A stretch of DNA of 64,000 nucleotides from Faecousia sp. (GCA_045532755.1 JAZSGN010000030.1:1161-65160), one strand, 5' to 3'. Shown: positions 1 through 9,949, counted from the stretch's first letter. The notes: generated from the letters alone by a model not told the origin. Made by a program: numbers and translations.

Positions 1-46
1 CCAGCATAGCCACCAGCAGCACGATTGCTACAAGTTTCTTGTTCAT
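1..46 (-). CDS. 5' end of a probable ABC solute-binding protein (partial, runs off the window)
   Basis: Reverse strand reads MNKKLVAIVLLVAML, a signal-peptide-like start with an upstream AAGGA RBS. It follows two sugar permease genes. Confidence 0.6.
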   Translation of the reverse strand, partial: MNKKLVAIVLLVAML

Positions 47-102
47 AGGGTTTTGCTTCCTTTCTTTATGTTAAATTTTTTCTAAACAGATTTATGGGGG
101 TA

Positions 103-996
103 TTAACCCTTGATGCCGCTGCGGCTGACACCGGCCATGATGTACTTACGCAGCAGAATGAACACTAAGAACAGCGGCGCGGAAACCAGAGCAACCGCCG
201 CCATCTGCACCGGGTAGTTGACATCGCCGGTGGTTTCGGTGAAGGCGTTTCGCAGGCCGTTGGTGATGAGGCGGTGGGCCTCGTCGTTGGCAACCAGCCG
301 GGGCCAGATGTAGGAGTTCCACGCGCCCATCATTTTCAGAATGGTGATGGAGATCAGGGTGGGCAGCGCCAGGGGGATCATCACCTTCCAAAGGTACTTC
401 AGGTCAGAAGTGCCGTCTACCTTGGCTGCCAGATACAGCTCGTTGGGGATCTGCAGGAAGTTCTGCCGCAGCAGGTAGATATAGAACACGCTGACCAGGA
501 AGGGAATGATCAGAACCTTGAAGGTGCCGATCCACTGAAGCCGGGTAACGGTCTGGTAGTTGGTGATGGTGAACAGCTCACCGGGGATCATCATGGTTGC
601 CAGCAGCGCGGCGAAGAGAGTCTCCTTACCCTTGAACTCCAGCCGGGCGAAGGCGAAGGCGCACAGCACCGTGATCACCAGCGACAGCACCGTAGAGATC
701 ACGCCTACATACAGCGTGTTCATAAACAGCCGGCCCAGATTGGCGGTGGAGAAGGCTTCGGCGTAGTTGCTGAACATCATTCTCTTAGGCCAGAAGGTGG
801 GTACGCTCAGGCGGTATTCCTCCAGAGTTTTCAGGGAGGAAATGATCATCCAGTAGAAGGGGAACAGCACCACCAGCGCAATGGTGAGCAAAAACAGATA
901 GGTAAAGCACTTCACGCTGCCCTTGACGATCCGCTGATGGGCAGAAGTGACCTGGAGGTTGCGCTCGTGCATGCCTTTTTGAGTTTTATCCGACAT
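103..996 (-). CDS. Carbohydrate ABC transporter permease (MalG-like)
   Basis: Multiple TM segments, EAA-like loop (IPNELYLAAKVDG) and a typical C-terminus (GVSRSGIKG). Confidence 0.92.
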   Translation of the reverse strand: MSDKTQKGMHERNLQVTSAHQRIVKGSVKCFTYLFLLTIALVVLFPFYWMIISSLKTLEEYRLSVPTFWPKRMMFSNYAEAFSTANLGRLFMNTLYVGVISTVLSLVITVLCAFAFARLEFKGKETLFAALLATMMIPGELFTITNYQTVTRLQWIGTFKVLIIPFLVSVFYIYLLRQNFLQIPNELYLAAKVDGTSDLKYLWKVMIPLALPTLISITILKMMGAWNSYIWPRLVANDEAHRLITNGLRNAFTETTGDVNYPVQMAAVALVSAPLFLVFILLRKYIMAGVSRSGIKG

Positions 997-1007
997 ACAT
1001 ACCCTCC

Positions 1008-1952
1008 TTAATAATGCACATGCTTCTTGATGACCTTGTTGTTGAACAGGGTGACCACAAGAATGATGGCGAACAGGATCAGCGCGGCGGCGCTGGCGCG
1101 GCCCTGATTGTTGCTGGCAAGGGCGTCATAGATGAAGCCCACCATGGTGTTGAGCCGGCCGGCATCGTCTGCCGGGCCCATGTTCTCGCCGAAGATACCG
1201 ACGATGCTGGTGTACTCCTTGAAGCCGCCGATGAAGCCGGTGATAATAACATAGCTCAGCATGGGCGACAGCAGCGGCACGGTGATCCGGGCAAAGACGG
1301 TGCGGCGGGAAGCGCCGTCCACCTTGGCGGCATCGTAGTACTGCTTGTTGATGCTCTGCAGACCGCCCAGCAGGATCAGGATCTTGAAGGGCAGGGCGTT
1401 CCACACGATGTAGACCACCATGACCGTAATGTTGGCGGCGTAGGTAGAGCCGTAGTTGATCCAGTTGATATGCTTGCCGCCGAAGAACTCGATCACATTG
1501 TTGATGATACCGGCGGTAACGATCAGCTCGTTCTCGGTACCGTAGAAGCTGCCGACGATGTTGAACATGGCAGCGAACACCATGCCGATGGCGATGGAGT
1601 TTGTAACATAGGGAAGGAAGAAGATGGTCTGCAGCAGCTTCTGCAGCCCCTTGATGGAGTTCAGGGCTACGGCGATCAGCAGCGCCAGCAGGGTGGAGAT
1701 AGGCACCGTCAGCACGCAAAGAAGAACCGTGTTCTTCAGGCAGGTCAGAAACCGCTTGTACTGAACCACCTTGATGAAATTGCCGATGCCGAACTCAAAG
1801 GTAGCGCCGCGAACCGCTTCCAGGCTGCGGTAGTTTTCCAGCAGGGACATCCGGATCGTATTGAAGATGGGCCATACCGTAAACACCAGCAGCAAAATGA
1901 TTGCCGGCGACAGATACAGCCAGGCTTTCCATTGTTGTTTGCTGTTTACCAT
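1008..1952 (-). CDS. Carbohydrate ABC transporter permease (MalF-like)
   Basis: TM segments, FFLPY motif and EAA-like loop YYDAAKVDGAS. Confidence 0.92.
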   Translation of the reverse strand: MVNSKQQWKAWLYLSPAIILLLVFTVWPIFNTIRMSLLENYRSLEAVRGATFEFGIGNFIKVVQYKRFLTCLKNTVLLCVLTVPISTLLALLIAVALNSIKGLQKLLQTIFFLPYVTNSIAIGMVFAAMFNIVGSFYGTENELIVTAGIINNVIEFFGGKHINWINYGSTYAANITVMVVYIVWNALPFKILILLGGLQSINKQYYDAAKVDGASRRTVFARITVPLLSPMLSYVIITGFIGGFKEYTSIVGIFGENMGPADDAGRLNTMVGFIYDALASNNQGRASAAALILFAIILVVTLFNNKVIKKHVHY

Positions 1953-1953
1953 A

Positions 1954-3057
1954 TCAGTTCACCTCAAAATACAGCCGCTCCTCCGTCTGCTTGTTGAACA
2001 GGAAGACTTTGTGGGGCTTGAGGGTGTAGCGGACTTCCACCTCGAAGGGCGAGATCTTGTTGTCGGCATCGATGATGGAGCGGATCACGGGGTTCAGAGA
2101 AGCGCTGTGGGTGGATACCACGCTGACATCCCGGCCCATGACTTCCACATTGTTCAGGCTGCAGACCAGCGGGCCTTCGCTGTCCAGCTCGAAGCCTTCG
2201 GGACGGATGCCCACGAACACTTCCTGCTCTTCCACGCCGGAAACTTCCAGCACCCGGTCTTCGCCGATGTACAGACCGCCGGCAGCCACCCGGCCTTCGA
2301 ATACGTTGATGGGAGGCGTGCCAAGGAACTTGGCTACGAACAGATTCGTAGGATCATCGTAGACCGCCTGAGGCTCGCCGATCTGCTGCACAACGCCCAG
2401 CTTCATCACAACGATCATATCGGAAATGGACATGGCCTCTTCCTGGTCGTGGGTGACGAATACGGTGGTGATGCCGGTTTCCCGCTGAATGCGGCGGATC
2501 TCCTCACGGGTCTGCAGGCGCAGGCGGGCGTCCAGATTGGAAAGCGGCTCATCCAGCAGCAGCACCCGGGGCATTTTCACCAGCGCGCGGGCAATGGCCA
2601 CACGCTGCTGCTGACCGCCGGAAAGCTCGTTGGGCTTGCGCTCCATCAGATCGTCGATCTGCACCAGCCGGGCAGCTTCGTGAGCCCGCTCCAGCATGGT
2701 GTTCTTGTCCAGACGGTCTTTGCCCTTCAGGTTCTGCAGGGGGAACATGATGTTCTGCTTAACCGTCATGTGGGGGTACAGAGCGTAGTTCTGGAACACC
2801 AGACCGATACCCCGGTTTTCGGTGGACAGCTCGGTGACATCGTCGTCGCCAAAGTAGATCCGTCCGCTGGTGGGCGCCTGCAGGCCGCTGATCATATACA
2901 GCGTGGTGCTTTTGCCGCAGCCGGAGGGACCCAGCAGGCCGATCAGCTTGCCATCGGGAATTTCAAAGGTGAAATTGTTGACGGCTACTACTTCCTTGCC
3001 CGCCTTTTTGTCGCGGCTGGGGAAGATCTTGGTCAGATTTTCCAATACAACTTTCAT
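1954..3057 (-). CDS. Sugar ABC transporter ATP-binding protein (MalK/MsmX-like)
   Basis: Walker A GPSGCGKST, VFQNYALYPH, LSGGQQQR, LLDEPLSNLD and VTHDQ. Start set at ATG 3057 behind a GGAAGG RBS. Confidence 0.93.
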   Translation of the reverse strand: MKVVLENLTKIFPSRDKKAGKEVVAVNNFTFEIPDGKLIGLLGPSGCGKSTTLYMISGLQAPTSGRIYFGDDDVTELSTENRGIGLVFQNYALYPHMTVKQNIMFPLQNLKGKDRLDKNTMLERAHEAARLVQIDDLMERKPNELSGGQQQRVAIARALVKMPRVLLLDEPLSNLDARLRLQTREEIRRIQRETGITTVFVTHDQEEAMSISDMIVVMKLGVVQQIGEPQAVYDDPTNLFVAKFLGTPPINVFEGRVAAGGLYIGEDRVLEVSGVEEQEVFVGIRPEGFELDSEGPLVCSLNNVEVMGRDVSVVSTHSASLNPVIRSIIDADNKISPFEVEVRYTLKPHKVFLFNKQTEERLYFEVN

Positions 3058-3106
3058 ACAAATCCCTTCCAATATCCGTTTATTTTCTTTATCTACACCG
3101 GATCAC

Positions 3107-3868
3107 TCAGTAGCTTTGGCTGCGGGCCTGCTCTGCGTGGATCCGTTTTGTGTACTCGATCAGTTCTTCGGTGGAGCGGAAGATCCGCTGGCTGGCAAAA
3201 TCCACCACCACCGTGCTTGCCAGCATATCCTGCAGGGCGGTGCGGTTGCGGGTGACGGCAAGGCTCACCAGCTGGATCACCACCAGCGCCAGCAGCAAAA
3301 GGGTGCCGGTGAGGCCCACGGTGTTGAAAAACAGCATCAGGATCACATACACCGGGATCATGGTGCCGAGGGTGAACTTGCCAAGGATCGCCCTTACAAA
3401 CAGCTGCACCGGCCGAAGCTGCACGCCGTTGCTGCTCATCAGGCAGATGCCGAAGACCTTCTTGCCCAAGGTCTGGCCGTTGCCCAGCAGCAGCGGCAGG
3501 CCGAATTCCAGCAGAAGGTAGGCAAGCAGAATCGCCAGGGTCAGGATCACCATGGTCAGGTTCAGCACCAGATTATAATAGTAGAGCACATCGGCATCGG
3601 CGATGAGGGCGGCATAGGCTTCGTCGTAGTTCTGACGGCCTTCTTCCGTCATAGCGGCGTATTCTTCGCCGGAGATATCGAAGGTCACGCCGTAGCGCTG
3701 TTCGTAGCGGGCATAGCCCTCTTCCAGCGCCTGATTGCTGCTGTCGTAGCCAAAGGCCAGGGAAAGCAGCCACCCCAGCGCCACCGCCACAATGCTCAGC
3801 AGGATGATATCCAGCAGCCAGGCGGAGATCCGTTTCCACATGCTCGCTCTCTGAATATCTACGCCCAT
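3107..3868 (-). CDS. RDD family membrane protein
   Basis: KRISAWLLD and GQTLGKK...LQDMLAST..VVD RDD motifs, with a GGAGG RBS. Confidence 0.8.
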   Translation of the reverse strand: MGVDIQRASMWKRISAWLLDIILLSIVAVALGWLLSLAFGYDSSNQALEEGYARYEQRYGVTFDISGEEYAAMTEEGRQNYDEAYAALIADADVLYYYNLVLNLTMVILTLAILLAYLLLEFGLPLLLGNGQTLGKKVFGICLMSSNGVQLRPVQLFVRAILGKFTLGTMIPVYVILMLFFNTVGLTGTLLLLALVVIQLVSLAVTRNRTALQDMLASTVVVDFASQRIFRSTEELIEYTKRIHAEQARSQSY

Positions 3869-4164
3869 TGCCGGTTTCCTCCAAAAGGTTCTTTATTTGT
3901 GTACAACTGTCCTTGTATTGTGGATATTTTCCAAAAAACAAGGTTTTTGGGCAGGCAGACTACCCCCAGTTTCTCTATCGTATAAAGTAACATATTTTGC
4001 AGAAAAAATCTACCGTTATTTTAGGATTTTGTGAATTTTATGGGGATCGGACCGAAACGCCCCTCCCCTGCCCCCAGCCTTCGGGTTATTCGCCAGAGAA
4101 TCCCAGCCGCGGCTGTTTTTCCCTTGTGTACACCCTGCCCAAACCGCAGGCGGATGCGGGGATG

Positions 4165-4300
4165 CGGATTGCGCCCTGAGCGCGCAGCGCGAGGAAGTGC
4201 CCTTGGGGTGCCACGCCGCTTCGCGGCTCGGAATGACAAGGTAATCCGAAAGTTTCCTCTGTCATTGCGAGCCAGTGGTCACACTGGCGTGGCAATCCGT
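4165..4300. repeat. Family B REPIN-like inverted doublet carrying module C
   Basis: CGGATTGC...CTCGGAATGACA-spacer-TGTCATTGCGAG...GGCAATCCGT. Confidence 0.85.
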
Positions 4301-4384
4301 TTCCCCCTCGTAGGGGCCGGTGATTACACCGGCCCGCGGGCGGATGTGGTCATCCGCCCCTGCGAAGGGGTTCGATGAAGCACA

Positions 4385-4420
4385 AAAAACCGCCGCTTTC
4401 GGCTTGGAAAGCGGCGGCGG
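4385..4420 (-). terminator. Intrinsic terminator
   Basis: CCGCCGCTTTC/GAAAGCGGCGG hairpin plus an A-run (U-tract on the - strand) right after the stop at 4424. Confidence 0.75.
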
Positions 4421-4423
4421 GGA

Positions 4424-5539
4424 TTATTTTTTCAGCAGCGCCTTGAGAATGCGCCTTGCGGACTCGGCGGGGGTGGTGAAATCTACGGTGTAGTCGCAGA
4501 TGTCGGCGTTCTTCTGCTCGGATTCCAGGGACAGAATCCTGCGAACCTTCTCGTCCAGGCTCAGGTTCTTGGTCAGCAGATCCTCCAGCAGCGCCCGCTT
4601 GTCCCGGCGGATATACACGGTGGTCACATTGGGGAAATGGGTCTTCAGCGACATGGCGCCGCAAATATCCATAACCGTCAGCACATGGCTGCCGGACTGC
4701 AAAATCGCCTCCACATCCTCCTTGCAGGAGCCGTAGTGGTGGCCGGCGTACATGGTGGATTCAAACATCTCGCCGTTTTCCTTCATTTTCCGGAAGGCCT
4801 CCACCGAGATATAGTGATACCAATCGTCGCCCTGCAGACCCACGGTGGCATCGGTGGTGTAGCTGATGAGCTTTTGGAAGGCTTTGGACTTCTTCATCAG
4901 CTGCTTGGCTACCAGATTCTTGCCGCTGCCGGAGGGGCCAACCAGCACCAGAATTCCGGGCTGATCCAAGGGCTTTCGCTCCGGGTGGACACTGTAGCTG
5001 TCGGCGATGACCTCCACCACCCGCAGGAATTCCTCGTAGGTGTTCACCGCCAGCACGCCGGTGGCGTCCTGATTCCAGGGGCGGCGCATGAGGATGGGAT
5101 AGGCGGCGTTGGAATTGGAGATATTGTGCATGCCGTCGTCGAAGAGGATGTCCACATCGATCTTGTCTTTGCGGGAGCCCATGTAGATATGGTCCGCCGG
5201 GATCTCCGGGAATTCCTCCATGATCCGCTGGGCGCGGATGCTCATAAACTGGGGGTACACCGAGGTGGACACGAACACCTCCGTCATTTTCGACAGCTTC
5301 CGCACAAATTGCTTCGCGCCCTTGATCACCGGCTGGGTGCGGAAGAACTCGGGATCGTTAAAAAATTCAAAGATCACATCGGCCCGGGTACCCAGCTTGC
5401 CCCAGCGGTCCACCTCATAGATGGTCAGCGGGGGGTCGAATTTGTATTTTTCATTGGCCAGCCGCACCGCGTAGGGAACGCACTCCATCAGCAGGTCGTC
5501 GATATCCAGGGCGGTGGACAGTCGGAATTTTCGGTTCAT
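4424..5539 (-). CDS. Fusion of a HAD 5'(3')-nucleotidase (NT5C-like) and a guanylate-kinase-like domain
   Basis: N-terminal LDIDDLL and DILFDD HAD motifs plus RPWN. C-terminal P-loop GPSGSGKN, ISYTT and YAGHHYGS. Confidence 0.75.
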   Translation of the reverse strand: MNRKFRLSTALDIDDLLMECVPYAVRLANEKYKFDPPLTIYEVDRWGKLGTRADVIFEFFNDPEFFRTQPVIKGAKQFVRKLSKMTEVFVSTSVYPQFMSIRAQRIMEEFPEIPADHIYMGSRKDKIDVDILFDDGMHNISNSNAAYPILMRRPWNQDATGVLAVNTYEEFLRVVEVIADSYSVHPERKPLDQPGILVLVGPSGSGKNLVAKQLMKKSKAFQKLISYTTDATVGLQGDDWYHYISVEAFRKMKENGEMFESTMYAGHHYGSCKEDVEAILQSGSHVLTVMDICGAMSLKTHFPNVTTVYIRRDKRALLEDLLTKNLSLDEKVRRILSLESEQKNADICDYTVDFTTPAESARRILKALLKK

Positions 5540-5598
5540 AGCAGTTCTCTCCTTGGGGTAAAAAAGCAGCGTTTCCCGTCGGAACCACCGCGTATGTC

Positions 5599-5627
5599 AT
5601 TATACCGCCGCCGCCGGCAAAAATCAA
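5599..5627 (-). promoter_or_regulatory. Sigma-A-type promoter
   Basis: TTGATT-17 bp-TATAAT on the - strand upstream of 5539. Confidence 0.6.
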
Positions 5628-5684
5628 TGCCGGCGGCGGGAATTGTGTTTTTTCGTCACTTTGCCAAAAGCCGGCTTCCGGGAT

Positions 5685-6611
5685 TCAGCGGTTTTCCCCA
5701 CGGTCTTCCCGCTGCAGCTGGTCCAATAGCTCCCGGCGCAGCTTCAGGATCTGGGCAACATGGTAGTTGGTCACCACATCCCGCTCCGTCACCGCCTCCA
5801 GCGGCCTTTCGTCCCGGATGGATGCGCCGCAGGCCGTCAGACGGCGGCGGTTCTCTTCGCTGAGCCGCCCCGGCCGGCCCTGCCGGTGGAGCACCGCCAT
5901 CTGGGCCAGCAGTTCTTTCGCCTTGCCCTGACATTGGCGGAAATTCTCCAGCTGCTCCTTCTGCCGCCGCAGCCGCAGAAACAGCTTCTGATTGGAAAAC
6001 AGCATCAGCTGCTTTGCCAGCAGCTCGATGTTCCGGGTCATGGCATCCTCGCCGGGGAGATTCTCGTCGCCGTCGAAGAGGTCTTCCAGCCAGCGGATCA
6101 GCTCGGTATCCAGGCTTTGCACCGTTGCCTTGATCTGGCGGCTGTTGTCATAGGGGAACACCAGGGTGTTGATGAGCATGCCCACGCCCAGGCCGATGGC
6201 GCTGTCCCAGATGCGGCCCAGGGCGTACTCCACCGGGTGGATCCCCTCGCTGGTGCAGAGCATCACCACGATGAAGCAGGCCAGCGACGGGGAAAACCGC
6301 AGCCGCAGCACATTATAGAGGGTGATGACGAAGATGATGCCGATGCCGGTGCTGACCAGAGGCGGCAGCCGCAGCGCCAGCAGCAAAAGGCCTGCCAGCG
6401 CGCCCAGCAGCACGCCTACGATCTGAGTCAGGCAGGATTCCACCGACTCGGCGAAGGTGGGCTGCACCGCCGCCATTGCGCCCAGCATGGCGAAGATCAG
6501 TTTGGATTGGGTAGTGCCGAAGAAATTCACGATGACCATGGAAAGGATCACCGCCACGGCGGTTTTCAGGGTTCGCAGCCCGATGTGGATGCGGAAATGT
6601 TGTTTGAGCAT
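5685..6611 (-). CDS. FUSC / aromatic acid exporter family membrane protein
   Basis: IGLRTLKTAVA start, hydrophobic N-terminal half and soluble C-terminal domain. Confidence 0.8.
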   Translation of the reverse strand: MLKQHFRIHIGLRTLKTAVAVILSMVIVNFFGTTQSKLIFAMLGAMAAVQPTFAESVESCLTQIVGVLLGALAGLLLLALRLPPLVSTGIGIIFVITLYNVLRLRFSPSLACFIVVMLCTSEGIHPVEYALGRIWDSAIGLGVGMLINTLVFPYDNSRQIKATVQSLDTELIRWLEDLFDGDENLPGEDAMTRNIELLAKQLMLFSNQKLFLRLRRQKEQLENFRQCQGKAKELLAQMAVLHRQGRPGRLSEENRRRLTACGASIRDERPLEAVTERDVVTNYHVAQILKLRRELLDQLQREDRGENR

Positions 6612-6652
6612 ATGTCCTCCAGTTGTACCGGTTGATTTTCAAATTGGAAGGT

Positions 6653-6681
6653 ATTGTAACAGAGAGCCACGGGGTTGTCAA
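6653..6681 (-). promoter_or_regulatory. Sigma-A-type promoter
   Basis: TTGACA-17 bp-TACAAT on the - strand. Confidence 0.7.
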
Positions 6682-6726
6682 GAGAATCCGGTCAGGAAGG
6701 AAGATGGCTGGCTGGTAAAGGGGATT

Positions 6727-6863
6727 ACGGATTGCGCCCTGAGCGCGCAGCGCGAGGAAGTGCCCTTGGGGTGCCACGCCAGCGTGACCACCGGCTCGCA
6801 ATGACAGAAGAAACTTTCGGAGTTCCTTGTCATTCCGAGCCGCGAAGCGGCGTGGGAATCCGT
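6727..6863. repeat. Family B REPIN-like inverted doublet carrying module C
   Basis: ACGGATTGC...CTCGCAATGACA...TGTCATTCCGAG...GGGAATCCGT. Confidence 0.85.
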
Positions 6864-6988
6864 TTTGCCCCTCATCCGTCACGCCTTGCGGCGTGCCACC
6901 TTCCCCCGAGGGGGAAGGCTTTGGCTGGTATCGATATGGAGGGCGGAGCCGCCTGTCGAGGATTGAGGGAGAACGATACCGGGCAGAA

Positions 6989-7150
6989 ATCGCTTCCCCC
7001 GGGGGGAAGCTGTCAGCGAAGCTGACTGAAGAGGAATGCGGGCGGAAGGCTGCAGGTTTACCGCCTCTGTCAGACCTTTTCCTTGGTTGGTTCTGCCGCC
7101 ATTCCTCTCCCGCCCCCTTCGGGGGCACCCTCTCCCCGGGAGAGGGTATT
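6989..7150 (+). repeat. Family A ~160-bp multi-hairpin element, copy 1
   Basis: ATCGCTTCCCCCGGGGGGAAGCTGTCAGCGAAGCTGACTGAAGAGGAATGCGGGCGG...CCCTCTCCCCGGGAGAGGGTATT. Confidence 0.9.
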
Positions 7151-7157
7151 TGCTGAG

Positions 7158-7437
7158 GGCGATACCGGGCGGGTCAGGGAAGTAACGACCTTCGCAGAAA
7201 GTTTGGCGCGTACTGAAAAAATATCGAAAACCAACAGGTGGCGATACCGGGCAAGGAAAGGCAGTAACGACCTTCCCAAAAGGCTAGGTGCGAATTGACA
7301 CCGGCGGCACGCCGGGAAGTAACGACCTTCGCAGAAAGTTTGGAGCGTACTGAAAAAGTATCGAAAACCAACAGGTGACGTTACCGGGCGGCGCAGGGAA
7401 GTAACGACCTTTCCTAAAGGCTGAATGCGTACTGAAA
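7158..7437 (+). repeat. Family G cluster (four AGTAACGACCTT cores)
   Basis: Cores at 7181, 7263, 7318 and 7400. A ~75-bp block is nearly duplicated (7178-7250 vs 7315-7389). Confidence 0.8.
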
Positions 7438-7463
7438 AAGGCTGCCGCGGTGTGCGGCAGCCT
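7435..7463 (-). terminator. Intrinsic terminator of eda-kdgK-DUF1292
   Basis: AGGCTGCCGC/GCGGCAGCCT hairpin with an adjacent A-run. Confidence 0.7.
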
Positions 7464-7471
7464 TACAAAAA

Positions 7472-7759
7472 TCAGTCGGCGAAGGTGAGAATATCCTTGA
7501 AACGATCCTTGAAGATGGCGTAAACGGCATCCAGAATCTCTTCGCTTTCCACGGGTACGTAGTTCTCGTTCTCTTCGTCCACGGGCTGGACTTCCAGAAT
7601 GATGATCTCAGAGGACTCTTCCTCCGCGGGCATCAGAACCAGATATTCCTTGCCCTGGTACTCGATGCAGTCCAGGTACTCGAAGGTCAGCTCGTCACCG
7701 TTCTCGTCGGTGAGGGTCAGCAGATAGTCCTCTTCCTGGAGGATCTCGTTATCTGCCAT
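7472..7759 (-). CDS. DUF1292 family acidic protein
   Basis: LTLTDENGDE...FEYLDCIEYQGKEYLVL pattern. Confidence 0.85.
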   Translation of the reverse strand: MADNEILQEEDYLLTLTDENGDELTFEYLDCIEYQGKEYLVLMPAEEESSEIIILEVQPVDEENENYVPVESEEILDAVYAIFKDRFKDILTFAD

Positions 7760-7761
7760 GA

Positions 7762-8784
7762 TTATCTCTGGATACGGCCGGAGCCGTCGCCGCCGGCCAG
7801 CTTCTCCACCTCGGCTACGGTGACCATGTTGTAGTCGCCGCCGATGGTGTGCTTCAGAGCGGAAGCAGCAACCGCGAACTCAACCGCAGCCTGGGTGTCC
7901 TTGCCGTTGAGCAGAGCATAGATCAGGCCGCCGCCGAAGGAGTCACCGCCGCCAACGCGGTCGATGATGGTCAGGTTGTACTTCTTGGAGAAGCAGTAGT
8001 TCTCGCCGTCGTACAGCATGGCAGACCAGCCGTTGTTGGAGGCAGAGTAGCTCTCACGCAGGGTGATGGCAACCTTCTCGAAGCCGAACTTGTCGGCCAG
8101 CTGCTTGGCAACGGACTTGTAGCCTTCGTGGTTGATGGTGCCGCCGTAGATGTCGGTAGCCTCGGCTTCGATGCCGAATACGTCCTTGGCATCCTCTTCG
8201 TTGGAGATGCAGACGTCGGTGTACTGAGCCAGCTCGGTCATGGCTTCCCGGGCCTGGGCACGGGTCCACAGCTTGCCGCGGTAGTTCAGGTCGCAGGAGA
8301 TCTTCAGGCCGTGAGCCTTGGCAGCCTTACAAGCCTCTACGCAGATGGCAACCACATTGGGGCCCAGCGCGGGAGTAATGCCAGTGAAGTGGAACCACTC
8401 GGCGCCCTCGAAGATGGCATCCCAGTCGAAATCGGCGGTGGAGGCCAGCTGGATGGCGGAGTTGGCGCGGTCATAGATGCAGACGGAGCCGCGCTGGGAA
8501 GCGCCCTTCTCGTTGAAGTAGATGCCAACACGGTCGCCGCCGCGGACGATCTTGCTGGTGTCTACGCCGTAGCGGCGCAGGGAGTTGACAGCGGCCTGGC
8601 CGATAGCGTGGGCAGGCAGCTTGGTAACGAAGGCAACATCCATGCCATAGTTCGCCAGAGAAACAGCAACATTGGCTTCGCCGCCGCCGAAGGTGAATTC
8701 GACATTGGAGGCCTGAACGAAGCGCTCGTAGTTATAGGGCTGCAGACGGAGCATCAGCTCACCAAAGGTAATTACTTTTGCCAT
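7762..8784 (-). CDS. kdgK: 2-keto-3-deoxygluconate kinase (PfkB family)
   Basis: FGELMLRL, GGGEANVA, DLNYR and DRVGGGDSF. Adjacent to eda, with the start at MAKVITFG. Confidence 0.9.
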   Translation of the reverse strand: MAKVITFGELMLRLQPYNYERFVQASNVEFTFGGGEANVAVSLANYGMDVAFVTKLPAHAIGQAAVNSLRRYGVDTSKIVRGGDRVGIYFNEKGASQRGSVCIYDRANSAIQLASTADFDWDAIFEGAEWFHFTGITPALGPNVVAICVEACKAAKAHGLKISCDLNYRGKLWTRAQAREAMTELAQYTDVCISNEEDAKDVFGIEAEATDIYGGTINHEGYKSVAKQLADKFGFEKVAITLRESYSASNNGWSAMLYDGENYCFSKKYNLTIIDRVGGGDSFGGGLIYALLNGKDTQAAVEFAVAASALKHTIGGDYNMVTVAEVEKLAGGDGSGRIQR

Positions 8785-8816
8785 TGTGATGATTCCTTTC
8801 CGATTATGTATTGAAA

Positions 8817-9443
8817 TTAACCGATAGCCGCCTTGCGTGCTTCGGCACACAGGGTGGTAATCTTCTCGAAGTTGCCGGCCGCGATGTCAGCCTTGGGGCA
8901 TACCCAGCTGCCGCCCACGGCGTGGATGAAGGGAGCGTCCACATACTCCTTGATGTTGGCGGTGTTGACGCCGCCGGTGGGCATAAACTTGATGCCAACG
9001 AAGGGAGCAGCCAGGTTCTTCATGGCGTTCAGGCCGCCGTAAACGTTGGCGGGGAAGAACTTGACCACCTTCAGGCCAAGGTTGATGGCAACCATGATCT
9101 CGGTGGGGGTGACGCAGCCGGGAGCAACGGCGATGCCGTTTTCCACGCACCAGCTGACGACTTCGGGGTTGATGCCGGGAGAAACGATGAACTTGGCACC
9201 CATCTCAACGGCCAGCTTGCACTGCTCCAGATTCAGAATGGTGCCTGCGCCGACCAGCATATCGGGGCAGTTGTCGGCAACGGCCTTGATAGCGGCGGGG
9301 GCGGCGGCGGTACGGAAGGTGATCTCCATAACGTCAACACCACCGGCGACCATGGCGTTTGCGGTGGGAACGGCGTCCTTCGCATCGTCGATGACCACAA
9401 CGGGAACCACGATGGATCTGGCCAGTCTGCTTAATACATCCAT
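8817..9443 (-). CDS. eda: KDPG/KHG aldolase
   Basis: EITFRT, VGAGT, FIVSPG, TPTEI, KFFPA and PTGGV. GGAGGT RBS before ATG 9443. Confidence 0.93.
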   Translation of the reverse strand: MDVLSRLARSIVVPVVVIDDAKDAVPTANAMVAGGVDVMEITFRTAAAPAAIKAVADNCPDMLVGAGTILNLEQCKLAVEMGAKFIVSPGINPEVVSWCVENGIAVAPGCVTPTEIMVAINLGLKVVKFFPANVYGGLNAMKNLAAPFVGIKFMPTGGVNTANIKEYVDAPFIHAVGGSWVCPKADIAAGNFEKITTLCAEARKAAIG

Positions 9444-9532
9444 ATTTATTACCTCCTGCGGCTTATTCAGCCAATTTTCGGGTGTTTCAGAAAGCCCCCG
9501 GGCATACCACGGCAGCTTACTTATCATCTGTA

Positions 9533-9561
9533 ATTATAGCCTTTTTCCCCCACGCTGTCAA
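9533..9561 (-). promoter_or_regulatory. Consensus sigma-A promoter of eda-kdgK
   Basis: TTGACA-17 bp-TATAAT on the - strand. Confidence 0.8.
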
Positions 9562-9604
9562 TCGGAAAAAGCGAGAAATGCAAGAAAAGGGGGCTGATGA
9601 GATT

Positions 9605-9844
9605 ACGGATTGCCACATCGTCGGAGCAAAGGCTGCAATGTTCCATTTCCCCCAAGGGGGAAATTCCACCCGCAGGCCTTGCTCCTCCTCTCCCCACAAA
9701 GGCCGTTCGCCTTTGCGCTGACCCCATTATACTGCCTCGCAATGACATAGGAAGTTTGGAAGTTTACTCTGTCATTCCGAGCCGCAAAGCGGCGTGGCAC
9801 CCCAAGAGTACTTCCTCGCGCTGCGCGCTCGGGGCGGAATCCGT
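9605..9844. repeat. Family B doublet carrying module D (9626-9716) and inverted module C
   Basis: ACGGATTGCCAC...[GCAAAGGC...GCCTTTGC]...CTCGCAATGACA...TGTCATTCCGAG...GGAATCCGT. Confidence 0.85.
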
Positions 9845-9851
9845 TTTTTGC

Positions 9852-9907
9852 GGGCGAACACAGTTCGCCCCTACATAAGCCATCGAACCCTTTCGTAGGG
9901 GCGATCT
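9852..9907. repeat. GTAG-type REP-like doublet (family H)
   Basis: GGGCGAACACAGTTCGCCCCTACA followed by an inverted CGTAGGGGCG. The same unit occurs near 30586, 37976 and 38164. Confidence 0.7.
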
Positions 9908-9949
9908 TCGTGGAAGGGTTGGTTCGTAACTCTGTTTCGATGATCGAGA

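Noticed and set aside
7158-7437. Possible CRISPR array
   Set aside because: Spacing is irregular (82, 55, 82 bp), the intervening sequences are themselves duplicated, and no cas genes are present.
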